Source of the DNA: a virus
Lineage: Duplodnaviria > Caudoviricetes
Direction: 5' to 3' (one strand)
Virus record (IMG/VR): IMGVR_UViG_3300033067_000535
Span: 1-28,908 of that record
DNA: 28,908 bases
A program made the position numbers and the translations under genes. Below, piece after piece: positions 1 to 8,028 of the stretch. Under the pieces are notes generated by a model that searched no databases, had not been told where the DNA came from, and worked only from the letters and a program-made list of their open reading frames with translations. Position 1 is the first letter of the stretch, and each line of letters starts with the position of its first letter.

Positions 1-3000
1 AAGACCAATCTAGGGTTGATGAGCTTAAAAAGTTTGTTAAAAATCTAGACATTAAAAATCCAGATACTGAAAAAGATTTGATTATATTTCCATGGCCTGA
101 ATATAACAAAGACAACGTTGAAGCCTATATTGGAGGTAAAGGTGTCCTATCTAATCCTGATAATGTTCCAGAAATAAAATTCGTTGAAGAATTATTTGAA
201 AGAATGTTAACGGATGAGGAGGTATTAAATGATTTGGTAAATAAAGTAGACAACGGAGCATCAGCATGGGCGGCAATAAGTCCTGTTGATAGTTTTTTCT
301 ATAACGAAGTAAAACCTTATGATAGATTAGACGCTAGCGCAACACCAGATGACATAGCAAGGCTTGTTGGATTAAGAGCTATGGGTGTTCTAGGATTTTC
401 AAATAGTTATTTATCCCCAGCCGAAATAGAAGCATTTGCAACATCAGAAGCCGATTTAATATTAACTAAATTTAAGGAAAATAAAACAATCATTCAGGGG
501 TTAAAGGAAAAATATTCATCACCAGAGTCATATGCTACAATTACGGGTACAATAAATGGAGGCCAATCTAAATTAATTGAGGATAATGGTAATAATTGGA
601 AATATAGTTATATAACTCTTTCTGTTCCCGGCGTTGAGGACTCTAAAGTTTCACTATTACCAGTTGATAAAGGTTTTAATAATGGTGAATATGGTTTTAA
701 TAGAAAATCAACTGCTGACTATAATCTAATATCATCATATTGTGATACAGCCGATTCAACAGCAAAAGCAACGTATGTTTTGACAATTGATAAAAATAAA
801 TACGAAGAAGTAAGCTCAACATCTGTTGTAGGTCAAGCTGGGGTATTTAATTTCTCGATATTAAAGACAAATAAGATTCAATCACATGATGTAATTTCAC
901 AGGCTGGTTTTGGTATTGGTCAGGGTAAATATGGTGTCCAAGAGTTTTCGGCGATTAACTATGCTGGAACAGATTATGGTGTTGAAACGTTACCCTTTTT
1001 CTCAATCTTTTATGATAATTATTCTGGCAGTATGATATTACCATCAGCTGTTTGTGAAACTAGGAAGACACCAACAATTTCTGGTTGGGATTTAACAGAT
1101 GAAAAGGGTAATGCTATTCCGTTTTCACCAGCACCATTCAATCCAAAGGATTCAAATTATGTTAGTAGTGTAAACGCAATTGAAACAAACCACGCAAATA
1201 GAGGTAGAAACCTTAATTTCTTCCAATTTAAAGACAATCAATCACAGATTGCGTTTCCATTTTTTAATTTTGAATCAACAGGGGTTTTGTCTTCATCGAT
1301 GAAAGAAATAAGCTTAACAACAAATTTATTTGGAAGTTTATTTTATAATATACAAAGTGTACGTGGACGTGCTTTGTTATTTTTGCATAACTTTCCATGG
1401 AGAGGATTGGTTGGAAAAACAGAAAACATAGGGTTGTTCTATCAGCCCGAAATTTTGAATATATTCAGATATAGAACAGGGTTTGTTCAAGTTCCTAAAT
1501 TATTATCAGCGTTTATCGGCGGATTACTTTGGAGATATGATGAAGGTGAAAACGGAAACGACCCGATTGCATTTAAGACGTTGGATGATAAATGGGCAAT
1601 TTCTTTATATAACTCAGATTATATCACTGGAAACCTATTCGGTAACAATACTCCGACGCATAAAGAGTATCTTAAATACTATTTAAATGATTTTAGTCTA
1701 GCAAATGCAAGATATAATGATAGTGTTTATCCGATGTCTTTTTGTGCTGGCGCTGGTGGTAAATATGTTGATTTGGACCCAGTATTATTAAATTTACCTC
1801 AAGATGTAAAAAATTTTTTTATAAACAAGTTTAAAGAATTTTCAGATAAAGAGTTTAACAATGAACTAAGACCAATTTTTGAAATCAAACCAAAAACTTT
1901 CAATAATGATGGTTATGAAGTTGCTTGGATGAATGCGTTTAACGAACTAGATAATTCAACCACACTGGTTGACGGGAAACCAAGCAATACAATTTCATCA
2001 ATTGAATCATATCTTGAATTGTCAGACGCTAAGTTTACCGATAGATACAAAATATTTAATTACAATACAACAAAATACGGTGGGTATTCAGATACGAAAT
2101 ATGATTATATAATTGAATATGCACATAATTCAGATGCCGAAAATAAACTAAAGGAGTTATTCTTTGATTATGAATATCTTTCAAACCAATCTTGGAGAAT
2201 TTGGAATGATGTGGCTAAATCAGATTTAAACAATGATAATTGTTCAACCGATATCACGGTAAGTAAACTTGATTCGTTTAACCCGTATATCAATGTTATT
2301 AATGCTAAATTGACCAATTTTATATCTGATGGACAAAAGAAAAAATTTGAAAATAATGAGCTTGAACAAGTTAAGTTTGAAATATATAGAAACCTTAAAA
2401 AAATATATGATAAATGGGTTGCATATACCGATAAACCCGATAAAATTTTATTCCAGTGTTGTACAACAAATGGGGTAACACCTAGTCGATTAAGTAAGGA
2501 TAAAAATATGAATCAACACATTGCAGATGTAAATAATTTTACAACATCTGATAGTGAATTGGACTTGATTGATAGTTTTAGATTTGTTACAAGGTCATTT
2601 AGAGATATTGGAGATGAGTTTCAAATAAATCCGTTGATGGTTTTTCAATTATTAAGGGAAACAACCAATGTAAGCTTTTATGACTTTATCGGAAGAATAT
2701 TGACACAAAATAATTTTGATTTTATTGCATTACCAACATATATCGATTATAATAACGATAATGAATTGCTTAGTGTGTTTAAACCTTATACTTATTATGA
2801 GGCAAAAAACCTTATAACACAATCTGGCCCATCATTTGTTTGTGTATATGTTGGTCAAACATCAACTAAATTAGATTTTAATGGTAAATCACAATACCCT
2901 AATGATGGATTTAATTTAACGGACGAAGCTAGTGGATTACCAAATGATTTAACATTAACAGGAAACACATGGGAGGATATTGGTGCGGCATTTGTTGTTA

Positions 3001-4721
3001 ATTATGGACAACAAAATCAGAACGTATTCAAAGATGTATCCCTTGACCAATCTGAATTTGGTGAAACAGCCGAATCACTACAAATAACAGATAGTATAGC
3101 AAATAAACTTTCACAAAGTAATCAAACATATGTTGGCCAAAATCTTTATAATGTTTTTTCAGTTAGAAGCTACAAAACAGAGGTAGAGATGATGGGGGAT
3201 GCAATGATTCAACCAATGATGTATTTTCAGTTGGACAATATTCCAATGTTTCGTGGAGCATACCTTATTACCAAAGTTAAACATAGCATTGTACCGAATT
3301 ATATGTCAACAACTTTTACGGGAACAAGAATAAAGGCAAATGAAACACCGTTGATTGATGTATCCACATTATATTCAGCAATATTGAATGGTTATGAACT
3401 ACCAAAGGCTGAACAGGGGTCTAAATTAATCGACTCTAATGTAAACTATGGTAAAATACCTAGAACAGCAACACCTATTGGTAATATAGTCGTTAACTAT
3501 ATAGAAGCGACACCAAAACAAAAATCTAATGGGCCGTTTTCTAATGGAAACCCTGAGTATATTGTGTTACACTGGACAGCGGGGGCGAAATATGTTGCGC
3601 CACCAGACCCTAGAGGTCTTGGTTATCATCTTGAAATCGATGAGAATGGTACAATATATCAAACAGGTGATTTTTCACAGAAATTATCACATGCTGGTTG
3701 TTATAAAAAGACGGTAGCGTGTGCTGAAATGAATGGAAAGGCTATTGGTATATCATATGTTGGGGGAACAGAGAAAGATGCAACAAAAGGATATGTAAGA
3801 ACTTGGGCCGATTGGCAAAACACGAATCTTAGCCTTGGAAATGGAACATATAATGCGAAAGCACAGTGGGAGGGAATAATAAATTCAATCATATTGGCAA
3901 AAGAAAAACATCCGACAATAAACGCTATAACATCTCACCATTTAACCGCTGCCGATAAAATTGACATTGGTGATGACTTTCCGTGGGAAAGACTTTTGGA
4001 TGAAATTGAGGCTAGAACAACCGAAGCTGGCACTAAGTGGAGACCATTATTAGCAACCAAGTGGTATGACAATAGTAATACTAATCAGGGTGCACTTGTT
4101 CATGAATTCAGAGGTTCAGTCAAGAAAGAAGACATTTTATCAAATTTAACACCACTTGAATTAGAACGAAATCAACCAGCAAACGTTGTGGTCCCAGACA
4201 CTGGACTTAAATTGGCTGAGGTTTATGACTATCTGCATTCAGCAGGTTTAAGTAAAAACTTAACAATAGGTATAATGGCCAATATGTATCGTGAAAGTCA
4301 ATTTGTCCCAACAGTATTTGGAGATAAAAGGTCTACATCAGTTGTAAACGTAAATAATTCTAATTATTCAACGTTACGTAGCAAAAATGGAAACTATTAT
4401 TGTAGTTGGGGTCTAACAGGTATAAATGTATGTGGTGGTGCAGGGGTTGAATTCTTACAACGAAATAATTTAACTAACGGAACCAATGAACAGAAGATTT
4501 CGGCTCTTACCAACCCATCATTACACATGGATTATGTTATATATGCGACAAAAAAACTTTATCCAAACACATATATGACAGAAAGAACGCCTGAAGAATG
4601 GGCAATCGATTTTGCCATGGATTATGAGAATTGTGGTGATTGTGGTAGCCCAGCCGCAACGGAGGTTAAACGCAGAGCAGCGGCGGCTAGAACATTGGCA
4701 ACTCAAAACTTTTACGGGTAA
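1..4721 (+). CDS. Large tail/baseplate hub-associated protein with C-terminal N-acetylmuramoyl-L-alanine amidase (amidase_2) and phage tail lysozyme domains; 5'-truncated
   Basis: The frame is open from position 3 (DQSRVDELKKF...), so the TTG at 78 is probably not the real start. A hub/late-control-D-like motif lies at ~3168-3329 (SYKTEVEMMGDAMIQP...GAYLITKVKHSI...STTFTGTR). Amidase motifs lie at ~3550-4000 (YIVLHWTAG, GYHLEID, SHAG, AIGISYVG, SHH...KIDIG). Tail lysozyme motifs lie at ~4218-4718 (YDYLHSAGLS...GIMANMYRES...FAMDYE...RRAAAAR). Confidence 0.75.
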   Translation, partial: DQSRVDELKKFVKNLDIKNPDTEKDLIIFPWPEYNKDNVEAYIGGKGVLSNPDNVPEIKFVEELFERMLTDEEVLNDLVNKVDNGASAWAAISPVDSFFYNEVKPYDRLDASATPDDIARLVGLRAMGVLGFSNSYLSPAEIEAFATSEADLILTKFKENKTIIQGLKEKYSSPESYATITGTINGGQSKLIEDNGNNWKYSYITLSVPGVEDSKVSLLPVDKGFNNGEYGFNRKSTADYNLISSYCDTADSTAKATYVLTIDKNKYEEVSSTSVVGQAGVFNFSILKTNKIQSHDVISQAGFGIGQGKYGVQEFSAINYAGTDYGVETLPFFSIFYDNYSGSMILPSAVCETRKTPTISGWDLTDEKGNAIPFSPAPFNPKDSNYVSSVNAIETNHANRGRNLNFFQFKDNQSQIAFPFFNFESTGVLSSSMKEISLTTNLFGSLFYNIQSVRGRALLFLHNFPWRGLVGKTENIGLFYQPEILNIFRYRTGFVQVPKLLSAFIGGLLWRYDEGENGNDPIAFKTLDDKWAISLYNSDYITGNLFGNNTPTHKEYLKYYLNDFSLANARYNDSVYPMSFCAGAGGKYVDLDPVLLNLPQDVKNFFINKFKEFSDKEFNNELRPIFEIKPKTFNNDGYEVAWMNAFNELDNSTTLVDGKPSNTISSIESYLELSDAKFTDRYKIFNYNTTKYGGYSDTKYDYIIEYAHNSDAENKLKELFFDYEYLSNQSWRIWNDVAKSDLNNDNCSTDITVSKLDSFNPYINVINAKLTNFISDGQKKKFENNELEQVKFEIYRNLKKIYDKWVAYTDKPDKILFQCCTTNGVTPSRLSKDKNMNQHIADVNNFTTSDSELDLIDSFRFVTRSFRDIGDEFQINPLMVFQLLRETTNVSFYDFIGRILTQNNFDFIALPTYIDYNNDNELLSVFKPYTYYEAKNLITQSGPSFVCVYVGQTSTKLDFNGKSQYPNDGFNLTDEASGLPNDLTLTGNTWEDIGAAFVVNYGQQNQNVFKDVSLDQSEFGETAESLQITDSIANKLSQSNQTYVGQNLYNVFSVRSYKTEVEMMGDAMIQPMMYFQLDNIPMFRGAYLITKVKHSIVPNYMSTTFTGTRIKANETPLIDVSTLYSAILNGYELPKAEQGSKLIDSNVNYGKIPRTATPIGNIVVNYIEATPKQKSNGPFSNGNPEYIVLHWTAGAKYVAPPDPRGLGYHLEIDENGTIYQTGDFSQKLSHAGCYKKTVACAEMNGKAIGISYVGGTEKDATKGYVRTWADWQNTNLSLGNGTYNAKAQWEGIINSIILAKEKHPTINAITSHHLTAADKIDIGDDFPWERLLDEIEARTTEAGTKWRPLLATKWYDNSNTNQGALVHEFRGSVKKEDILSNLTPLELERNQPANVVVPDTGLKLAEVYDYLHSAGLSKNLTIGIMANMYRESQFVPTVFGDKRSTSVVNVNNSNYSTLRSKNGNYYCSWGLTGINVCGGAGVEFLQRNNLTNGTNEQKISALTNPSLHMDYVIYATKKLYPNTYMTERTPEEWAIDFAMDYENCGDCGSPAATEVKRRAAAARTLATQNFYG

Positions 4722-4752
4722 TTGTAAGTAACAATAACTTTTCGTATATTTG
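4722..4752 (+). promoter_or_regulatory. Putative Bacteroidota-type housekeeping promoter (-33 TTG / -7 TAnnTTTG)
   Basis: TTG at 4722-4724, a 20-nt spacer, then TATATTTG at 4745-4752, filling the 35-nt intergenic gap. Confidence 0.6.
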
Positions 4753-4756
4753 TTCT

Positions 4757-5353
4757 ATGAAAATAGGGAATATTGTTTCAACAACCAACATAAATGTTTC
4801 AGAAGATTTTAATGTGGTTCAATCCTTGGATGATATCATTCAAGGATTACCCACATTAATAATTGGTTGGGATTATGTTCGAAGTAATTATCCAGACTAT
4901 GATGTAATAGAAAAAAAACTTGGTGATAATCTATTTTGGACGTTTAAGAAGACGGAAAATAGAGGTCAACACGAAGAAGATTTGTATAATTTTGTTGAAA
5001 AATCGTACAAAAACCTGATTATCAATATAAGTTATGTATACATTGACCCGGTTTTATTTTCCCTTCGTAAAATGAAAAAGGTGCTCAGAAAAATCACTTC
5101 AACGCCAAAAATAATTGCATATCAACATGGTTCAATGTTATATATCTATGGTGATAACATTATTTTTGGTATTGATTTAAACTTTATGGAATTCATCGGT
5201 ATCAACCAAACAAAAATAAAGAATAAAATAAAGGACATTGGGGGTATCCTTTTGAGTGAAAATCAAATATTTATTGAATATAAAAAAAGAGTGGAAAACC
5301 TTGACAATCAAGTCAAGTATATCCCTTTCTTATATTCAATAGAAAATGGGTAA
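4757..5353 (+). CDS. Hypothetical protein (198 aa)
   Basis: ATG start, co-directional, overlaps the next gene by 8 nt. No motif I can assign with confidence. Confidence 0.8.
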   Translation: MKIGNIVSTTNINVSEDFNVVQSLDDIIQGLPTLIIGWDYVRSNYPDYDVIEKKLGDNLFWTFKKTENRGQHEEDLYNFVEKSYKNLIINISYVYIDPVLFSLRKMKKVLRKITSTPKIIAYQHGSMLYIYGDNIIFGIDLNFMEFIGINQTKIKNKIKDIGGILLSENQIFIEYKKRVENLDNQVKYIPFLYSIENG

Positions 5354-5747
5354 AACAATATTATTAGCATCCTTCATATTTCCAGAACGTTTAGAATGGT
5401 TCACAGCTTATTTAAATGATAAGTTCAAGATACCAAAAGATAAAATATTTGGATATCGTAACTTAGATGATGAGGCAAAACTTATTGTTACGTTTAAATT
5501 AAACATTCCAGACGATAAATTTTTGGATATCAAAAATCTATCCCCAAACGCAATCATAATCCATAAAAGAGGGAATGCATTGTATACAATTAATGCTCTA
5601 AATAAGCTAATTGAAGAAATTTCAACCAATAATCTTGGTAATATCGACCATAAAACGTTTAAGGTTAATTGGGAGGAATATCAAAATAAGCTAATCCTTA
5701 TTGATAATGGAGACCTAGCTATTTGGAATATAAATAGAGTTTTTTAG
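5346..5747 (+). CDS. Hypothetical phage protein (133 aa)
   Basis: Overlaps the upstream ORF, consistent with translational coupling. Contains HKRGNALYTINALN and a W..Y.N segment that look conserved; function unknown. Confidence 0.8.
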   Translation: MGKTILLASFIFPERLEWFTAYLNDKFKIPKDKIFGYRNLDDEAKLIVTFKLNIPDDKFLDIKNLSPNAIIIHKRGNALYTINALNKLIEEISTNNLGNIDHKTFKVNWEEYQNKLILIDNGDLAIWNINRVF

Positions 5748-5756
5748 GGGTTTTCA

Positions 5757-5766
5757 GATATTTATA
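5757..5766 (+). promoter_or_regulatory. Candidate phage promoter motif (G/T)ATATTTAT
   Basis: GATATTTATA lies in the intergenic gap about 30 nt before the ATG at 5796. The same core recurs at 10729-10736 and 14263-14270. Confidence 0.4.
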
Positions 5767-5795
5767 TGTAATATAACGCTAAATAAAGCATATTT

Positions 5796-5990
5796 ATGGA
5801 AAATCAAACAAAAGAAAAAGACCTACAAAAAGCGATTGACGAATTTTTGAAGGAACAACCAGCTTTGTCAGAAACAACTGAAGAAATGGATTGTAGTTCA
5901 GGTGTATGTGTCATTAAAAACGACAAAAGTGTACTTGAGAGAATCAACAAAAAAATAATAACTGAAGACGGAAGACAATTATTGATTTAA
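5796..5990 (+). CDS. Small protein (64 aa) with a DCSSGVCVIK dithiol motif
   Basis: Fills the gap between two + strand genes and its stop is 1 nt before the next ATG. CxxGxC at 5892-5909. Confidence 0.75.
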   Translation: MENQTKEKDLQKAIDEFLKEQPALSETTEEMDCSSGVCVIKNDKSVLERINKKIITEDGRQLLI

Positions 5991-5991
5991 C

Positions 5992-6819
5992 ATGGCAAAA
6001 AAATTTAACCCGAAATTACTTAATGAAGAGTTGAAGAAATTTAGGCTCCTATCTGAGTATTCATTTTATACTGAAGAACCTAAGCAAGATGACGACCTAA
6101 TTTTGGGTTCAAACCTTGGCGAGGCAGACGAGGACCCTAATACCGACCCAAACGCTGCCCCAGCTGACCCAAACGCTGCACCTGCCACTCCAGCGGCCCC
6201 TGTAGACCCAAATGCTGCACCTGCCCCAGCTCCGGCTGACGATTCAAAGACAGCGGCAAATGCAGCCCCAGCTGATGCTGGTGTACCAGATGGTGGACCA
6301 GACGTAACCGCTCCAGATGCTACAGCACCAGAAGGAGATGAAAACTTATTCGGAACCGATGACGGTGGTTTAGGTGGAATGGAGGACGATGGTGGTGATG
6401 AGGTTGAAGTAGATGTAACACAACTTGTTAAAACAGGTGAAGAAGCAACCAACGCCGCATCTGACGCTAGCCAAAAAACAAGTGAACTTTTGGATAAGTT
6501 TAATGATTTAGAGCAAAGAGTTTCATCAATGAATTCATTGACACATAAAATCGATGCTCTAGAAAAAGAAATAATAAAAAGGAATCCAACACCAGTAGAA
6601 AAGCTTGAAATGAGGTCAATGGATTCGTTTCCATACAATATCAAATTAACAGATTATTGGAAAGATGTTGATGGGTATGAGCCAACTGGTTCAGGTACAG
6701 AACAAAAACAAGAATACGTATTGACACAAGATGATGTAGATTCAGGGTTTACAGATGCGTCAATAAAGAAAACGTTTGATGTACCAGAAGATTATGAAGA
6801 AGAAGATGTTTATGATTAA
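5992..6819 (+). CDS. Acidic, Ala/Pro-rich low-complexity protein with a coiled coil; possible head/scaffold-type protein
   Basis: DPNAAPA repeats, a Gly/Asp-rich linker and a heptad-like segment (LLDKFNDLEQRVSSMNSLTHKIDALEKEI). Followed by a terminator. The structural role is inference. Confidence 0.6.
   Translation: MAKKFNPKLLNEELKKFRLLSEYSFYTEEPKQDDDLILGSNLGEADEDPNTDPNAAPADPNAAPATPAAPVDPNAAPAPAPADDSKTAANAAPADAGVPDGGPDVTAPDATAPEGDENLFGTDDGGLGGMEDDGGDEVEVDVTQLVKTGEEATNAASDASQKTSELLDKFNDLEQRVSSMNSLTHKIDALEKEIIKRNPTPVEKLEMRSMDSFPYNIKLTDYWKDVDGYEPTGSGTEQKQEYVLTQDDVDSGFTDASIKKTFDVPEDYEEEDVYD
6145..6225 (+). repeat. Intragenic 21-bp imperfect repeat encoding DPNAAPA, three copies
   Basis: gacccaaacgctgccccagct (6145-6165), gacccaaacgctgcacctgcc (6166-6186) and gacccaaatgctgcacctgcc (6205-6225). 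Confidence 0.9.
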
Positions 6820-6826
6820 TAATTTT

Positions 6827-6856
6827 AAAGGTCGCAATTGCGGCCTTTTTTATTTT
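6827..6856 (+). terminator. Rho-independent terminator
   Basis: Hairpin AAAGGTCGC-AATT-GCGGCCTTT (one G-U pair) followed by a T-tract, 7 nt after the stop at 6819. Confidence 0.85.
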
Positions 6857-6879
6857 GATATAATTTATTCATCATAAAA

Positions 6880-6911
6880 TTTGCAACCAGCAAAAATCTT
6901 TCGTATGTTTG
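6880..6911 (+). promoter_or_regulatory. Putative Bacteroidota-type promoter TTTG-N20-TATGTTTG upstream of the SSB gene
   Basis: TTTG at 6880-6883 and TATGTTTG at 6904-6911 match the -33/-7 consensus and its spacing. Confidence 0.65.
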
Positions 6912-6943
6912 CTTATATGTGAAAATAATATCTAGAAAAGTAC

Positions 6944-6974
6944 TTGACTTTAGAACATTTTTTTAGTATATTAG
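6944..6974 (+). promoter_or_regulatory. Second putative promoter: TTGACT-N17-TATATT, also readable as TTG-N20-TATATTAG
   Basis: TTGACT at 6944-6949 and TATATT at 6967-6972. Fits both sigma70-like and near-Bacteroidota geometry. Confidence 0.5.
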
Positions 6975-7011
6975 TGTACATTAATTTCTAGTATTTTAAT
7001 CGAGTATATAA

Positions 7012-7060
7012 TAAACACACATAGTAAACACACATTTATGAGTAACACAAACACAAACAC
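7012..7060 (+). repeat. Direct repeat TAAACACACAT (two copies) plus AACACA iterations spanning the SSB start codon
   Basis: TAAACACACAT at 7012-7022 and 7025-7035; AACACA-AACACA-AACAC at 7044-7060. Confidence 0.8.
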
Positions 7061-7946
7061 GCTAGATGCAATGCTAGCCCAGTATGAGAACAACACAAAA
7101 CCTCGTACATCAAACAATAACGTGAAAGAGTACGATTTGAAAAACTACTTTTCAACCGTTCTTAAAGACAAAGAAGATTCAGCGACAAAAAGAATCAGAA
7201 TCCTACCAACCGCAGACGGTTCAACACCATTCCGTGAAGTTCATGGTCACAAAGCTCAAGTAGACGGTCAATACAAAACTTTTATCTGTCAAAAACATGA
7301 AAAAGGTGAAGATTGCCCATTTTGTGAAGCACACGATGCTTTACGTGCTACCGGCAAAGAAAGCGACAAAGAATTAGCAAAAAAATACAACGCAAGAAGA
7401 ATGTACGTTGTTAAGGTTATTGACAGAGATAAACCTGAAGAAGGCGTTAAGTTTTGGAGATTTAATCACGACTATCGTAAACAAGGAATTCTTGATAAGA
7501 TATTTGGTGTATTGAAAGCTGTAAATAAAGATATTACACACCCAGAGACTGGGAGAGATTTATTGGTTATTATCTCAAGAGACCAAAATAAGCGCCCAGT
7601 TGTTCAGAGCATTCAACATGTAGACCCAAGTCCGCTAAGTGAAAATGCTGAAGAAGCAAAAGAATGGTTAGCAGATGCAAGAACATGGGAAGATGTTTAT
7701 AGCGTTAAACCTTATCAGTATCTTGAAATCATCGTTAAAGGTGGTGTTCCTGAATGGAATAAAGAAGCTAAACAATTCGTTGATAAGAGTGCTAACGAAA
7801 AAACTGGTGATGACTTAGACCAAGAACTTACACTTGGGGTTCCAAATGTAAAACCTACAGTTATTGCAGCTACACAAACAACCGAAGTGTTGGTACCAAC
7901 AGAAGATGTTGATAGTGAAGAAGCTGAAGATGACTTACCATTCTAA
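7038..7946 (+). CDS. Single-stranded DNA-binding protein, T4 gp32-like
   Basis: IRILP...PF..VHGH, a Zn-site-like CQKH...CPFC motif, YVVKVIDRD...GVKFWRF, DITHPETGRDL and an acidic C-terminal tail ending DDLPF. First gene of the replication block. Confidence 0.85.
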   Translation: MSNTNTNTLDAMLAQYENNTKPRTSNNNVKEYDLKNYFSTVLKDKEDSATKRIRILPTADGSTPFREVHGHKAQVDGQYKTFICQKHEKGEDCPFCEAHDALRATGKESDKELAKKYNARRMYVVKVIDRDKPEEGVKFWRFNHDYRKQGILDKIFGVLKAVNKDITHPETGRDLLVIISRDQNKRPVVQSIQHVDPSPLSENAEEAKEWLADARTWEDVYSVKPYQYLEIIVKGGVPEWNKEAKQFVDKSANEKTGDDLDQELTLGVPNVKPTVIAATQTTEVLVPTEDVDSEEAEDDLPF

Positions 7947-7956
7947 TTAAGTCATT

Positions 7957-7993
7957 ATAAAGAATGGGTAGTAATTTACTGCCCATTTTTTAT
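7957..7993 (+). terminator. Rho-independent terminator (possibly bidirectional) after the SSB gene
   Basis: Stem AATGGGTAGTA (7963-7973) pairs with TACTGCCCATT (7977-7987), followed by a T-run and preceded by an A-rich run. Confidence 0.8.
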
Positions 7994-8028
7994 TATCCCG
8001 AAATAACATCTGTCTTAATAAAGATACA

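Noticed and set aside
78-80. TTG start for the first gene
   Set aside because: The frame is open back to position 3, so the gene most likely begins outside the window.
5729-5736. Exact T4 late promoter TATAAATA
   Set aside because: It lies inside a coding 3' end, is expected by chance in AT-rich DNA, and is not seen ahead of the baseplate operon.
6066-6644. 192-aa minus-strand ORF
   Set aside because: Antisense shadow of the GC-richer Ala/Pro repeat gene; low complexity and no independent expression signals.
6931-6991. Short palindromes and inverted repeats (CTAGAAA/TTTCTAG, AAGTACTT, TTAGTGTACATTAA) as an operator or origin
   Set aside because: Too short and AT-rich to distinguish from chance without comparative data.
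6820-7037. CRISPR array, tRNA or structured ncRNA in the largest intergenic gap
   Set aside because: No repeat-spacer periodicity or cloverleaf; the gap is explained by a terminator, promoters and the SSB leader.
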